Below, one piece after another: positions 11,041 to 21,199 of a stretch of DNA of 64,000 bases (position 1 is its first letter; each line of letters begins with the position of its first letter). A program made the translations under genes and the position numbers. A model generated the notes under the pieces. It ran no database searches. It was not told the DNA's origin and saw only the letters and a list, made by a program, of their open reading frames with translations. This DNA is from an uncultured delta proteobacterium (lineage in GTDB: Bacteria; Myxococcota_A; Polyangia; Palsa-1104). Location: assembly GCA_963785725.1 (NCBI GenBank), contig CAWAWS010000047.1, positions 1 through 64,000 of the forward strand, given 5' to 3'.

Positions 11041-11700
11041 TCAGTACGGCTGCGCGGCCAGGCCTTGGCGCACGACGAAGCTGAAGTTGCCTTCGAGGTG
11101 GCCGGCGGCCGCCGGATCGACCGGCACCGAGCCGACGCCGCCGAGCGTAATCGCGCGCCGATCGACGACATCGAAGCTGAACGTCGCGTCCAACGAGTCG
11201 CCGAACTCGATGCCGTTGGCGACGTCGCCGGAGCCGAACTTCGTGAACGTCATCGTGCCGTCGAGCTCGGGCGTGACCTCGGCGTTCGGGCAGGTCTCGC
11301 TCAGCGTCAACGACGCGCGCACGACCGTCGTCGGGCCGATCGTCATCGCCTCACCGCGCATCGCCGCCACTTGCGCGTCATCGGCGACATCGACGAACAG
11401 GAGGTCGGCCTCTTCGATCCGCTTTCCCGACGGCTGCACGCGAATCGTGACCTTGTTCACCGGATGCAGCGGCGGATTACCGACGCCGTTGTTCTCCATC
11501 GGCGGCACGTTGATCGGGTCGGCGACGAAGAAGTTGGGATGCATGTTGTAGGCTTTGGGCGCCGCCAGCGAGCCGAAATCGGACGTGAGCGTGCAGCCCT
11601 TCAAGTACAGCGTGCCCACGAGCGAGCCCGTGCCGTCGCCGACACAGGCCGTGCAGGCGACGAGCAAGCCGAAGGCGATGGGCCAACGAAGGAAACGCAA
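11041..11700 (-). CDS. Hypothetical lipoprotein
   Basis: Signal peptide with LLVAC lipobox; coding-like composition. Start is TTG 11700 or ATG 11712. Confidence 0.65.
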   Translation of the reverse strand: MRFLRWPIAFGLLVACTACVGDGTGSLVGTLYLKGCTLTSDFGSLAAPKAYNMHPNFFVADPINVPPMENNGVGNPPLHPVNKVTIRVQPSGKRIEEADLLFVDVADDAQVAAMRGEAMTIGPTTVVRASLTLSETCPNAEVTPELDGTMTFTKFGSGDVANGIEFGDSLDATFSFDVVDRRAITLGGVGSVPVDPAAAGHLEGNFSFVVRQGLAAQPY

Positions 11701-11762
11701 CCCCAGGATCATAACGCCGCGCGCGTTGACTTTGAAGGGCCACGGCATACGATTCCGCACCC

Positions 11763-12470
11763 ATGGACAAGACCTGCGCCGACGCGCGCGCCGCGCTCCA
11801 CGATATCCGCGACGGTGCCACCGTGCTCGCGGGCGGATTCGGCCTCTCGGGCAACCCCGAGAACTGCATTCGCGCGCTGCGTGAGCTGGGCATCAAAGAC
11901 CTCACCATCGTCAGCAACAACTGCGGCACGACCGACAAAGGCCTCGGCGTCTTGCTCGCCAACGGCCAGGTCAAGAAGATGATCTCGTCTTACGTGGGCG
12001 AGAACAAAGTCTTCGAGCGCCTCTATCTCGACGGCAAATTGGAGGTCGAGCTCTGTCCGCAAGGCACGCTGGCCGAGCGTCTGCGCGCCGGCGGCGCCGG
12101 AATTCCCGCGTTTTATACGCCGACCGGCTACGGCACCAAGCGCGCCGAAGGGCGCGAGGCGCGGCAATTCGGCGATCGCTGGTGCATCCTCGAGCAGGCG
12201 ATCACCGGCGATTACGCCATCGTCAAAGCGTGGAAAGGCGATCGCTGGGGCAACCTCGTCTATCGCAAGACCGCGCAAAACTTCAATCCGATGTGCGCCA
12301 CCGCCGGCAAGATCACGATCGCCGAAGTCGAGGAGATCGTCGAAGTGGGCACGATCGATCCCGATCAAGTGCACACGCCGGGGATTTACGTGCAGCGCAT
12401 TTTCCAGGGCACGGATTACGAGAAGCCGATCGAGCAGCGCACCGTTCGTGAGCGGGAGGCGCGCTCGTGA
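11763..12470 (+). CDS. scoA: 3-oxoacid CoA-transferase subunit A
   Basis: [48 protein letters not shown]. Confidence 0.93.
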   Translation: MDKTCADARAALHDIRDGATVLAGGFGLSGNPENCIRALRELGIKDLTIVSNNCGTTDKGLGVLLANGQVKKMISSYVGENKVFERLYLDGKLEVELCPQGTLAERLRAGGAGIPAFYTPTGYGTKRAEGREARQFGDRWCILEQAITGDYAIVKAWKGDRWGNLVYRKTAQNFNPMCATAGKITIAEVEEIVEVGTIDPDQVHTPGIYVQRIFQGTDYEKPIEQRTVREREARS

Positions 12471-12877
12471 GCTGGGAAACCATTGAGATTGTCGGCGACG
12501 ACGCGGCGGCGGCGGTGTTGACCGAGGCGCTGGCGGCGGCCGAGATCGCGTCCGAGCTGCGCCGCGTGCCGGGCTCGCCTTACGGGCCGGTACGGCTGGA
12601 GATCGAAGTGCGCGTCGCGACCGCGGATGTGGCGCGGGCGCGGGCGGTGTTGGCGCAGCTGTCGGAAGAGGCGGAAGCGGCGGCGCGATCGGAGGCGCAC
12701 GTGCCGCCGGACGCGCAGCCGAATGTGCCGAAGTCGCGCACGCCGAAGCTCACGTTGCAGCAGCGACGGGCGGTCTTCGCGCTCGGTGCCGCGATCTCGG
12801 TGGCGCTGCTCGTGCTGCTCTCGTTCTGGACGACGCAAGCGAAGAGGCCGGCGTTTCATCACGCAGGATTGAGGTAA
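12467..12877 (+). CDS. DUF2007-like small membrane-anchored protein
   Basis: N-terminal W..I...A.VL..AL....I...EVRVA..D..RARAVL pattern and a C-terminal TM helix; GTGA overlap with scoA. Confidence 0.6.
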   Translation: MSWETIEIVGDDAAAAVLTEALAAAEIASELRRVPGSPYGPVRLEIEVRVATADVARARAVLAQLSEEAEAAARSEAHVPPDAQPNVPKSRTPKLTLQQRRAVFALGAAISVALLVLLSFWTTQAKRPAFHHAGLR

Positions 12878-12880
12878 CCG

Positions 12881-13537
12881 ATGGCGCTCGATCGTGAACA
12901 GATGGCTCGCCGCGTGGCCAAGGAGCTGCGCGACGGCTACTACGTCAACCTCGGCATCGGCATGCCGACGCTGGTGGCGAACTACATTCCGCCGGGCATC
13001 GAGGTCGTCTTGCAGTCGGAGAATGGGCTGCTCGGCATCGGGCCCTTTCCGTTCGCGGGCGACGAGGATCCCGATCTCATCAACGCCGGTAAGCAGACGG
13101 TGACGCAGCTTCCGGGCAGCTCGTTCTTCTCGTCGGCGGAGTCGTTCGCCATGATTCGCGGCGGCCACATCGACATGTGCGTGCTCGGCGCGATGCAGGT
13201 CTCGGCGACGGGCGATCTCGCCAATTGGATGATCCCGGGCAAGATGGTCAAGGGCATGGGCGGCGCGATGGACCTCGTGGCCGGCGCGCGGCGCGTCATC
13301 GTCATGATGGAGCACACGGCCAAGGGCGAGATGAAGATCCTCGAGCGCTGCAACCTGCCGCTGACGGCGGTGGGCGCGGTGAATCGGATCATCACCGACC
13401 TGTGCGTCATCGACGTCGAGGATGGCGGGCTGGTGCTGCGCGAAGTGGCGCCGGGCGTGACGGTGGACGATGTGCAAGCGGCCACCGAGCCGGCGTTGCG
13501 CATCGCGGCGAACGTCGACGAGATGGACATTCACTGA
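12881..13537 (+). CDS. scoB: 3-oxoacid CoA-transferase subunit B
   Basis: [15 protein letters not shown] (catalytic Glu), [21 protein letters not shown]. Confidence 0.95.
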   Translation: MALDREQMARRVAKELRDGYYVNLGIGMPTLVANYIPPGIEVVLQSENGLLGIGPFPFAGDEDPDLINAGKQTVTQLPGSSFFSSAESFAMIRGGHIDMCVLGAMQVSATGDLANWMIPGKMVKGMGGAMDLVAGARRVIVMMEHTAKGEMKILERCNLPLTAVGAVNRIITDLCVIDVEDGGLVLREVAPGVTVDDVQAATEPALRIAANVDEMDIH

Positions 13538-13628
13538 CGGTCGTGCTCGCGGTCACGACGCGCCTCCGATTTCCCTCTTGATCTAGGGCAGTTCCGCACG
13601 GTATCGTGGAGCCTTCGGAGGCACGAAC

Positions 13629-13994
13629 ATGCAGGACTCGCGGAAAGAAGACGGCAGCGTAACCAAGAGTGACCTCATCGAGACGGTCGCGCAGAAGTTG
13701 CACTTGCCCAAGGGCAAGGCCGAGCTGATCGTCAATTGCGTGTTCGATTCGATGGAAGAGTCGCTGAAAAAGGGCGAGCGCATCGAGATCCGTGGGTTCG
13801 GCAGCTTCGAAATCCGCCACTACAAAGCGTACGAAGGCCGCAATCCGCGCACGGGCGATCCGGTCGGCGTGCATCCGAAGCGGCTGCCGTTCTTCAAGGT
13901 CGGCAAAGAGCTCAAAGAGCGCGTGAACGAAGCGGCGGAAGCCAAGGCGCGCGAGCAGCAGGCGCCGCCGACGCCGATGTCCGCCAGCGGCTGA
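13629..13994 (+). CDS. ihfB: Integration host factor beta / HU family protein
   Basis: TKSDLIE, GERIEIRGFGSF, GRNPRTG, FFKVGKELKERVN; GGAGG RBS. Confidence 0.88.
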   Translation: MQDSRKEDGSVTKSDLIETVAQKLHLPKGKAELIVNCVFDSMEESLKKGERIEIRGFGSFEIRHYKAYEGRNPRTGDPVGVHPKRLPFFKVGKELKERVNEAAEAKAREQQAPPTPMSASG

Positions 13995-14033
13995 CCCTCC
14001 CGTCCTCTTTTCGTTTGAACTTCCACAATTAAG

Positions 14034-15356
14034 ATGGCGACTTTGCAGGTGGCGCTGCCGCCGGTGCTGCGCATGCGTCAGCGGTTGGCGCTGCAGACCG
14101 TGGGGCGCATGGCGTGGAGCCGGCGCGGCGATCGGCTGATCGTCAGCGGCTTCGACCTGGAGAAGCGGCCGCGCGACTCGGAAGGCACGCTCGTGCGCGA
14201 CACGGTGGTCGTCGACGCGGTCACGGGCGAAGTCGTCGAGCGCTGGGCGGGATATTGGTATTGCGCGATCGGCGTGGCGGTCAACGACAGCTACGTCGCG
14301 GGCGCCAACGACGCCGGCTTCATCGACATGTGGCGCTTCGGGCGCGCCCAGCCCGGCTGGCCCAAGCAGCAGCACGACGGGCGCATCGGCGCGCTAGTCT
14401 TTTGCGACGACGAGCGGCGCTTCTTCAGCGGAGGCGATGACGGTCGCGTCGGCGCGTGGAGCGCGGGCGCGTGGGAGGCGCGCTTCTGGGACGTGGGCGC
14501 GCCGGTGCGCGACCTGGCGCATGACGGCAAGCGCGACCTGTTGGCGATCGCGTCGGCGCGGCCGAGCGTGCACCTCGTCGACGGCGCGAGCGGACAGCGG
14601 CGCGGCAGCGTGCGCGCGCCCGGACGCGCGACGGCGGTCGGATTCAGCGACGGCGGCATCCTGTACGTCGGCACGCGCGAAGGACAGCTCGGGCGGTTCG
14701 ACGCCGAGCGCGGGCAGGCGCTCGAACCGAGCACGCCGCTCGGCTTCGGGCCGGTGTGGCGCATCTTGCCGCTGGGCGAGCTCGTCGTGGCCGAAGCGAG
14801 CGACGGCGTCATCATCGTCGACGGCAAGAGCGGCGTCGAGCGAGCGCGCTGGCGCACGGGCGCGGAGTCGACGGGCGCGACGTTGGCGGTCGAGCCGGCA
14901 CAGCGCGCGTTCGCGCTGGCGGTGCCGGCGGGCGTCGCGATCATCGACACCGAGCTGGGCCCGCTGGCGGAGCCGGTGGACGTCGTCGCGCTCTATCATC
15001 CCGACGACGCCGAAGCGGCGCAGGTCGTGCTCGCGCGGCTGACGGAAGCGGGCGCGCGCGTCACCGACGTCGCGCGCGATCCGCGAGCGCTCGTCGCGGC
15101 GGCGCGGCGTGGCGCGACGGCGGTCGTCTTCTACGGCCCGGCCGGACCGGCGCCGCGACACGACTACGAGGTCGACGTGCTGCTCGCGCACGACGCACCG
15201 ACAGTGCCGATCATCTTGCCGCGCGGCGCGGTTCCCGAGGCGCAGCGCGTCTTCCACCCGGCGTCGTACGTCTGCTTCCACGGCTATCTGCACGACGAGG
15301 ACGCGCTGGCGCGCATCACGCGCGCCGTCATGCCCGACCGCCGCCGCAGCTTCTGA
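14034..15356 (+). CDS. WD40-like beta-propeller protein with a C-terminal TIR-like domain
   Basis: WD-like repeats (HDGRIGALVF..FFSGGDDGRVGAW). C-terminus DVVALYHPDD..L..AG..VVFYGP.G...YEV...VPIILP resembles bacterial TIR_2. Confidence 0.65.
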   Translation: MATLQVALPPVLRMRQRLALQTVGRMAWSRRGDRLIVSGFDLEKRPRDSEGTLVRDTVVVDAVTGEVVERWAGYWYCAIGVAVNDSYVAGANDAGFIDMWRFGRAQPGWPKQQHDGRIGALVFCDDERRFFSGGDDGRVGAWSAGAWEARFWDVGAPVRDLAHDGKRDLLAIASARPSVHLVDGASGQRRGSVRAPGRATAVGFSDGGILYVGTREGQLGRFDAERGQALEPSTPLGFGPVWRILPLGELVVAEASDGVIIVDGKSGVERARWRTGAESTGATLAVEPAQRAFALAVPAGVAIIDTELGPLAEPVDVVALYHPDDAEAAQVVLARLTEAGARVTDVARDPRALVAAARRGATAVVFYGPAGPAPRHDYEVDVLLAHDAPTVPIILPRGAVPEAQRVFHPASYVCFHGYLHDEDALARITRAVMPDRRRSF

Positions 15357-15563
15357 CGACGACGGTGACGACGCGTCTTCACGCGCGAGGTCGTGCTCGT
15401 TGCGTGCGTTGCTGTTGGCGGCGAACGTCGGCGCTGCGAGACCGAGCCCGCGATAAGACTCGCGATCGCCGTGCGCGCTCCGCCGATGGCCGGCCCGACG
15501 GAGCGAGCCCGCGCGCGCGCACCGCGCGCCCGCGCGACCTCGCCGTGCCGGCGACCGCTTCGT

Positions 15564-16883
15564 TCACCGCCCGGCAGCCTCGACGCGACCGTCGCCGGCT
15601 TCGCCGGCGTTACCGCGCGGCGACCGCGCGCCGCCGGTCGCCGGCGTCGGCTCGGCGCCGGCCGCGACAGCCGCCGCCGCGACATCCGCGCCCGCCGCCG
15701 CGGCCGCCAACGCCCGCCGCCGCTCGCGCCCGCGCACGACATGCCGCCCGAGCGCGAACACCAGCTCCCGCTTGTGATCCGCCAGCACCAACGAGCCCGA
15801 CACACGCGCCGCATACAGCTCGAGCATCCGCTCGTCGAGCAGCACCAGCGACAGCCACTGCCGCCAGTCATGCCGGTACATCAGCCGCGCCAGCCAGCGA
15901 TCGATCGACAGCTCGCGCCCCACCGTCGCCCGTCGCACCGCGCGGCTGTAGCCTTCGAACCCGAAGTCGCCCGACTCCAGCGCGGCCACGATGGCGTCCG
16001 CCGCCACCACCGCCTGCTCCATGCCGACGGCGATGCCCTCGCCCGTCAGCGCGTCGATTCCCGCGGCGTCACCGACGGTGACGACACGTTCGCTGGCGAT
16101 CTTGGCCGCCGGCTGATAACCGAACGCGGGCCAGCCGCGCGTTCCCGCCGGCAGCGTGATGCCGAGCCGCGCCAGATGACGCGCCAACAACGTCGTCAGC
16201 TCGCCGCCGGTCATCGCCACCGCCGGATCGTGCATGAGGCCGACGTTGAGGCGACCCTCGGGCATCGGAAACACCCAGACGTAGCCGCGCAGACCTTCGA
16301 GCATGGGCGAAAAATCGTAGAGCATCGCGTCCGACTGCCAGGCGCTCGGGGCCGGCAATTCCGCGCGGAACAGCCGGATCGGCGTGCCGTCGGAGTCGCC
16401 GTTGAGCTGTTTGCGCACGCGCGAGCCGACGCCGTCGGCGCCGACGAGCACGCGCGTCCGCAAGCGCTCGCTCGTGCCGACGCCGACGTCGACGCCGCGG
16501 CCGTCGACGGCAAAGCCGCTCATGCCCTCGCCTTCGCGCACGATGACGCCGCAATCGCGCGCCTGCGCCACGAGGCTCAGGTCGAACTGCGTCCGCTTGA
16601 CGACGCGCACCGGCCGTCCCAGCGTCACTTGGCGGCGCAAGCTCCAATAGCGAACCTCGGCGCGCGGCGACGGCAGCGACGGGACATCGAGTTGCAACCC
16701 GAGCGCCGCCATCGCCTCCTCGGCGTGGCCAGTGAGCCCGCCGCCGCACGGCTTGTCGCGCGGAAAGCGTGCGCGATCGAGCACGACGACGCGCCCGCGC
16801 AGCGACGGATCGCGGCGCACGAGCGCCACCGCGCAGGCCACGCCCGCCGGTCCGGCGCCGGCGATGACGACTTCAGGCTTCAC
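15564..16883 (-). CDS. Geranylgeranyl reductase family FAD-dependent oxidoreductase
   Basis: GAGPAG, FPRDKPCGGG, GADG..S.VR, GYVWVFP, VGDAAG..LTGEGI. Confidence 0.88.
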   Translation of the reverse strand: MKPEVVIAGAGPAGVACAVALVRRDPSLRGRVVVLDRARFPRDKPCGGGLTGHAEEAMAALGLQLDVPSLPSPRAEVRYWSLRRQVTLGRPVRVVKRTQFDLSLVAQARDCGVIVREGEGMSGFAVDGRGVDVGVGTSERLRTRVLVGADGVGSRVRKQLNGDSDGTPIRLFRAELPAPSAWQSDAMLYDFSPMLEGLRGYVWVFPMPEGRLNVGLMHDPAVAMTGGELTTLLARHLARLGITLPAGTRGWPAFGYQPAAKIASERVVTVGDAAGIDALTGEGIAVGMEQAVVAADAIVAALESGDFGFEGYSRAVRRATVGRELSIDRWLARLMYRHDWRQWLSLVLLDERMLELYAARVSGSLVLADHKRELVFALGRHVVRGRERRRALAAAAAGADVAAAAVAAGAEPTPATGGARSPRGNAGEAGDGRVEAAGR

Positions 16884-16925
16884 GAGGGGAGCTATACCAA
16901 AAACAGGCGCCGCCTGCTCGCAACC

Positions 16926-17660
16926 CTACTTGAGCAGCGAGAAGCTGACGGACGGATGGACGTAATAATCGATGGTGCCGTTCGGCAGCGGATCGCCGCC
17001 GTGCGCGACGACGACGGCATGGGCGATGAACTGGAACGGCGTCTGGTACGCCTTGACGAAGCCGGCCAGCGCCGACTTGCCGCTGTCGGTGAGCTTCAGG
17101 TCGCACACGACGAGGCCGCCGGCGGCGCTGTCGCCCTTCGGGTCGACGTCGTCGGCGCAGGCGGTGGCGCCGGCCGACAACATCGCCAGCGAGCCGACGA
17201 GCGTCGCCTCCGGATCGGTCTCGTCCTTGGCTGCCGACGGCGCGACGTAGAGATCGATCTGGGGCACGGCGATGTTGAGGTTGTTGGAGAGCCAGTAGGC
17301 GATCTTCTTGATGCTGACGCCGTCGACGGTGTACTGCACGACGCCCGCCGGCAGCATCTGCTGCGACAGATCGATCGGATAGGGCAGCCGAATCTCCGCC
17401 GTGGCGATGCACTGCCGCGTCGGCGCGTCGCACGAGAGGTGCGCCATCGTGCTCGCAGGCAGCGTCACCGACGCGCAGGCGTCGCTGGCGGCGGTCGGAT
17501 CGCAGGCGATGACGGGCACGGTCTGGCCGCTCGACGACGCGTCGCCGAACGACGCGCTGAAGTGCTGCACGTCGAACGTGTAATCGATCGAAAACAAATT
17601 GGAATTGACGAGCCCGCAGCCGCCGACGAGGAGCGCGAGCCAATACGACCGACGAATCAT
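16926..17660 (-). CDS. Hypothetical lipoprotein
   Basis: MIRRSYWLALLVGGC lipobox; several Cys; beta-rich. Confidence 0.7.
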   Translation of the reverse strand: MIRRSYWLALLVGGCGLVNSNLFSIDYTFDVQHFSASFGDASSSGQTVPVIACDPTAASDACASVTLPASTMAHLSCDAPTRQCIATAEIRLPYPIDLSQQMLPAGVVQYTVDGVSIKKIAYWLSNNLNIAVPQIDLYVAPSAAKDETDPEATLVGSLAMLSAGATACADDVDPKGDSAAGGLVVCDLKLTDSGKSALAGFVKAYQTPFQFIAHAVVVAHGGDPLPNGTIDYYVHPSVSFSLLK

Positions 17661-17793
17661 TGAAGCGACCTCTTTAAGCAAAAGTAGAAGCGAGAAGCGG
17701 CCAGTTTAGCATGCGAACGGAGCCGCGGCCGCGTTTGCCGCAAAGCCGCGGCGCTGTAGGGCCAGGTGGGCGCGGCGATTACCGCGGCTGGCG

Positions 17794-18942
17794 TTAGTTG
17801 CGGCCGATGAGATGGCGCGCGATGACCATGCGCTGCACTTCGTTCGTGCCTTCGCCGATCTCGCACAGCTTGCAGTCGCGCAGCGCGCGCTCGACGGGGA
17901 ACTCGCGCGTGTAGCCGTAGCCGCCGTGAATTTGGATGGCGCGATCGCAGGCGCGCATCGCCACTTGGGCCGCCCACAGCTTGGCCGTCGCCGATTCGTA
18001 GGTGTGGCGCTTGCCTTGGTCCGCCATCCACGCCGCGCGCTTGATGAGCAGCCGCGCGCCATCGAGCTCCGTCGCCGAGTCGGCGAGCATGAACTGGATC
18101 GCTTGGTTGTCGGCGATGGGGCGGCCGAACTGCTTGCGCTCGCGCGCGTAATTCTTCGCCGACTCGAGCGCGCCATAGCCGAGCCCGAGCGCCATCGACG
18201 CGATCGAGATGCGCCCGCGATCCAAGATCGTCAGCGTGTCGAGGAAGCCGTGGTCGAGCTCGCCCAAGCGCGCGTCGTCACCGACCTCGACGTCGACGAA
18301 GTTGAGCTCGCAGGTGTCGGACGCGTGGCAGCCCATCTTCTCGATGTGCTTGCCGACGCTGAAGCCATCTGCGCCCTTCTCGACGATGAACGCGGTCAAG
18401 CCGTGCTGCTTCTTCTCCGGCGTCGTCGAGGCGATGACCACGTAGACCGAGCCGACCGAGCCCTGCGTGATGAACGTCTTCGAGCCGTTGATGATCCAGC
18501 GATCGCCCTTCTTGACGGCGCGCGTCTTGGCGCCGGCGGCGTCCGAGCCCGACGACGGCTCGGTCAAGCCCCACGCGCCCAGCCACTCGCCCGCCGCCAG
18601 CTTCGGCAGGTACTTCTGCTTCTGCGCGTCGTTGCCGGCGAGCAGGATGTGTCCCGTGCACAAGCCGTTGTGCGCGGCCACCGTCAGCGCCACCGAGCCG
18701 TCGACGCGCGCCAGCTCCTCGATGACGATGGCCACGTCCATCGTCGACATGCCCGCGCCGCCATATTCCTCGGGCACGCGCATGCCGGTCAGCCCGAGAT
18801 TCGCCAGCTTGGGCACGAGCTCGTGCGGGAACGTCTCTTCCTCGTCCCACTTGCGCGCGTGCGGCTGAATCTCCCTCTTGGCGAAGTCGCGCACCGTGCG
18901 GCGCAAGATCGCTTCCGCCTCCGAGTCGTCGAAGTCGATCAT
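17794..18942 (-). CDS. Acyl-CoA dehydrogenase
   Basis: WGLTEPSSGSDA, NGSKTFITQG, KMG, GRI, RKQFG, QIHGGYGY, IGEGTNEVQR. Confidence 0.95.
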   Translation of the reverse strand: MIDFDDSEAEAILRRTVRDFAKREIQPHARKWDEEETFPHELVPKLANLGLTGMRVPEEYGGAGMSTMDVAIVIEELARVDGSVALTVAAHNGLCTGHILLAGNDAQKQKYLPKLAAGEWLGAWGLTEPSSGSDAAGAKTRAVKKGDRWIINGSKTFITQGSVGSVYVVIASTTPEKKQHGLTAFIVEKGADGFSVGKHIEKMGCHASDTCELNFVDVEVGDDARLGELDHGFLDTLTILDRGRISIASMALGLGYGALESAKNYARERKQFGRPIADNQAIQFMLADSATELDGARLLIKRAAWMADQGKRHTYESATAKLWAAQVAMRACDRAIQIHGGYGYTREFPVERALRDCKLCEIGEGTNEVQRMVIARHLIGRN

Positions 18943-20036
18943 TTTTTCTTCTTCTTGGCTGCTGGTTTCTCGTCGCCGCCCTTGAAGCGCTGCTCGGGAC
19001 CGGCCGGCGCGTACACCTGCAGCGCCGTCAGCTTGTCGTCCGCCACCGCCACCGCGTGCGTCTGACCGGCGGGAATGCGCAGCGCGTCGCCCGGCGCCGT
19101 CGCCAACGTCTCTTTGCCGACGGTGACCGTCGACTGCCCGGCGATGAAGTACAGCTCTTCGTCGTTGTTGGCGTGCTTGTGCGCGGGAATCTTCGCGCTC
19201 GCGTCCGACTCGACGAGATCGACCGCCACGTGCGACGGCGAGCCATCGAGCAGCAGCTTCACCGTGCCGCCGCCGCCGGGCAGCGGATAGCTCTTGGCGT
19301 CGGCCGCGTGCACGACCGCCTGCCCTTTGCCGTCGCCGTGCGCGCGCAGCTCGACGAGCCTGAGCGGCTTTCCGGCGAGCGGCTTCAACAACGGCCGCTC
19401 GGTGCCCGCGCCCAGCCACAGCGCGTCACCGGCCGCCAGCGTCTCTTCGCCGACCTTGACGCTGCCTTCGAGCACGTAGAGCACGCCCTCTTCCGTCGTG
19501 TTCGTGGCCGGTTTCGCCGGTAAACCCTCGAGCGGCTTGAGCGAAATGATCTGCATCGTCGCCAGCGGCGCCTGACCGAGCGACTGATCGTCGAGCAGGT
19601 AGCGGTTCGGGCCCTGCGTCTCCTGCGCCGCCATCGGCACGAGGTTGCGCTTCTGCCCTTTGGCCAGCGGCTCCGGCTTGAACACGAGCGGGAACACGAC
19701 TTGGTCGCCTTCCGCCGCCGTCAGCGACGTCAAATCCCAGGTCGTCAGCTTGGCCGTCAGACAGGGCGCCAACGTCGGCACGCTCGACTCGTCCTTGAGC
19801 ACCTCGGCCTTGGCCGGATGCTGGTCGGGACCGACGACGACGCGGACCAGCATTTCGCCGCCGGGCGCCGTCTTCTGCGCGGCCACGCAGCCGAAAATTT
19901 CCGCCTGATGCGCATGCAAGAGCGCCTGCACGCGCCGACCCATCGCTTCACCTTCGTCGCCGCGCGCCGGCAGCGCCAGCGTCGTCGACAGCCCCAAGGC
20001 GCACAACAGCTGCGTCGTTCCGATCCGATTGATCAT
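18939..20036 (-). CDS. Secreted protein: AgmX/PglI C-terminal (TonB-C-like) domain plus tandem cupin domains
   Basis: Signal peptide; EIFGC...GEMLVRVVVG...CL...L..W...VVFPLVF; cupin motifs HKHANNDEELY and GDALRIPAGQTH. Confidence 0.7.
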   Translation of the reverse strand: MINRIGTTQLLCALGLSTTLALPARGDEGEAMGRRVQALLHAHQAEIFGCVAAQKTAPGGEMLVRVVVGPDQHPAKAEVLKDESSVPTLAPCLTAKLTTWDLTSLTAAEGDQVVFPLVFKPEPLAKGQKRNLVPMAAQETQGPNRYLLDDQSLGQAPLATMQIISLKPLEGLPAKPATNTTEEGVLYVLEGSVKVGEETLAAGDALWLGAGTERPLLKPLAGKPLRLVELRAHGDGKGQAVVHAADAKSYPLPGGGGTVKLLLDGSPSHVAVDLVESDASAKIPAHKHANNDEELYFIAGQSTVTVGKETLATAPGDALRIPAGQTHAVAVADDKLTALQVYAPAGPEQRFKGGDEKPAAKKKKK

Positions 20037-21199
20037 GCGTGGCTCGCGGTCGATAGATGTGCCAAGAGGCTGCGCGCGATGACGATGCGCTGGACCTCGC
20101 TCGTGCCTTCGTAGATGCGCGTGACGCGCACGTCGCGGGCATAGCGCTCGACGGGAAAGTCGCGCGTGTAGCCGTAGCCGCCGTGCAGCTGAATGGCGGC
20201 GTCGCAGGCGCGACCGGCGCTTTCCGACGCGTACAGCTTGGCCATCGACGCTTCGCGCGAGAACGGCCGGCCTTCTTGCTTCAGCCACGCCGCGCGCAAC
20301 GTCAACAGGCGCGCGGCTTCCAACTCGGTCGCGGCGTCGGCGAGGCGGAACTGCACGGCCTGAAACTCGGCCAGCGCCTTGCCGAACTGCTTGCGCTCGC
20401 GCACGTAAGCCTTCGTCGCCGCCAGCGCCGCTTGACCGATGCCGAGCGCCTGCGACGCGATGCCGATGCGGCCGCCGTCGAGCGCCGCCAGCGCCACCGA
20501 CAGGCCGCCGCCGAGCTTGCCGAGCAGCGCGTCTTCGCCCACTTCGCAGCCGTCGAGCAACAGCGGCACCGTCGACGAGCCGCGCAGGCCCATCTTGTCC
20601 TCGTGCTTGCCGGCCGACAGACCAGGCGTGCCGCCTTCGACGACGAAGGCGCTGATGCCCTTGGTGCCTTGGGTCGGGTCAGTTTTAGCCCAAATGACGA
20701 AGACGCCCGCTCTGTCGCCCGACGTGATCCACTGCTTGTTGCCGTCGAGCCGCCAGCCGTTGGCGGTGCGCTTGGCCGTCGTCGTCATGGCGCCGGGATC
20801 GGAGCCGGCTTGCGGCTCGGACAGCCCGAACGCGCCGGCGATGGCCGCGCCCGACGTCAGGAGCGGCACCAGCGACTGCTGCTGCGCCTCGGTGCCGAAG
20901 CGGACGATGACCTCGCCCACCATGTTCGTGACCGCCATCGCCACCGCCACCGATGCGTCGGCGCGCGCGATCTCTTGCATCGCCAGCGAATAGGCGACGA
21001 CGCCGGCGGCCGCGCCGCCGAGCGCCTCGGGGATGTTGACGCCGAGCAGCCCCAAATCGGCCAGCGCCTTCAGCTCGGCGACGGGAAACTGCGAGCTGCG
21101 ATCGCGCGCCGCTGCTTTCGGCGCAAGCTCCCGCTCGGCAAACCCGCGCGCCGTATCGCGCACGAGCGTTTGCTCGTCGGTGAGCTCGAACGAGATCAT
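20033..21199 (-). CDS. Acyl-CoA dehydrogenase
   Basis: FGLSEPQAGSD, GNKQWITSG, KMGLRGS, GGRIGIA, QLHGGYGY, IYEGTSEVQR. Confidence 0.95.
   Translation of the reverse strand: MISFELTDEQTLVRDTARGFAERELAPKAAARDRSSQFPVAELKALADLGLLGVNIPEALGGAAAGVVAYSLAMQEIARADASVAVAMAVTNMVGEVIVRFGTEAQQQSLVPLLTSGAAIAGAFGLSEPQAGSDPGAMTTTAKRTANGWRLDGNKQWITSGDRAGVFVIWAKTDPTQGTKGISAFVVEGGTPGLSAGKHEDKMGLRGSSTVPLLLDGCEVGEDALLGKLGGGLSVALAALDGGRIGIASQALGIGQAALAATKAYVRERKQFGKALAEFQAVQFRLADAATELEAARLLTLRAAWLKQEGRPFSREASMAKLYASESAGRACDAAIQLHGGYGYTRDFPVERYARDVRVTRIYEGTSEVQRIVIARSLLAHLSTASHA

Noticed and set aside
15393..17663. 756-aa plus-strand ORF and the many similar Arg/Ala-rich ORFs, e.g. 59581-61872, 47531-49354, 6868-8754
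   Set aside because: These are antisense or off-frame shadows typical of high-GC DNA, with no motifs, and they overlap well-supported genes.
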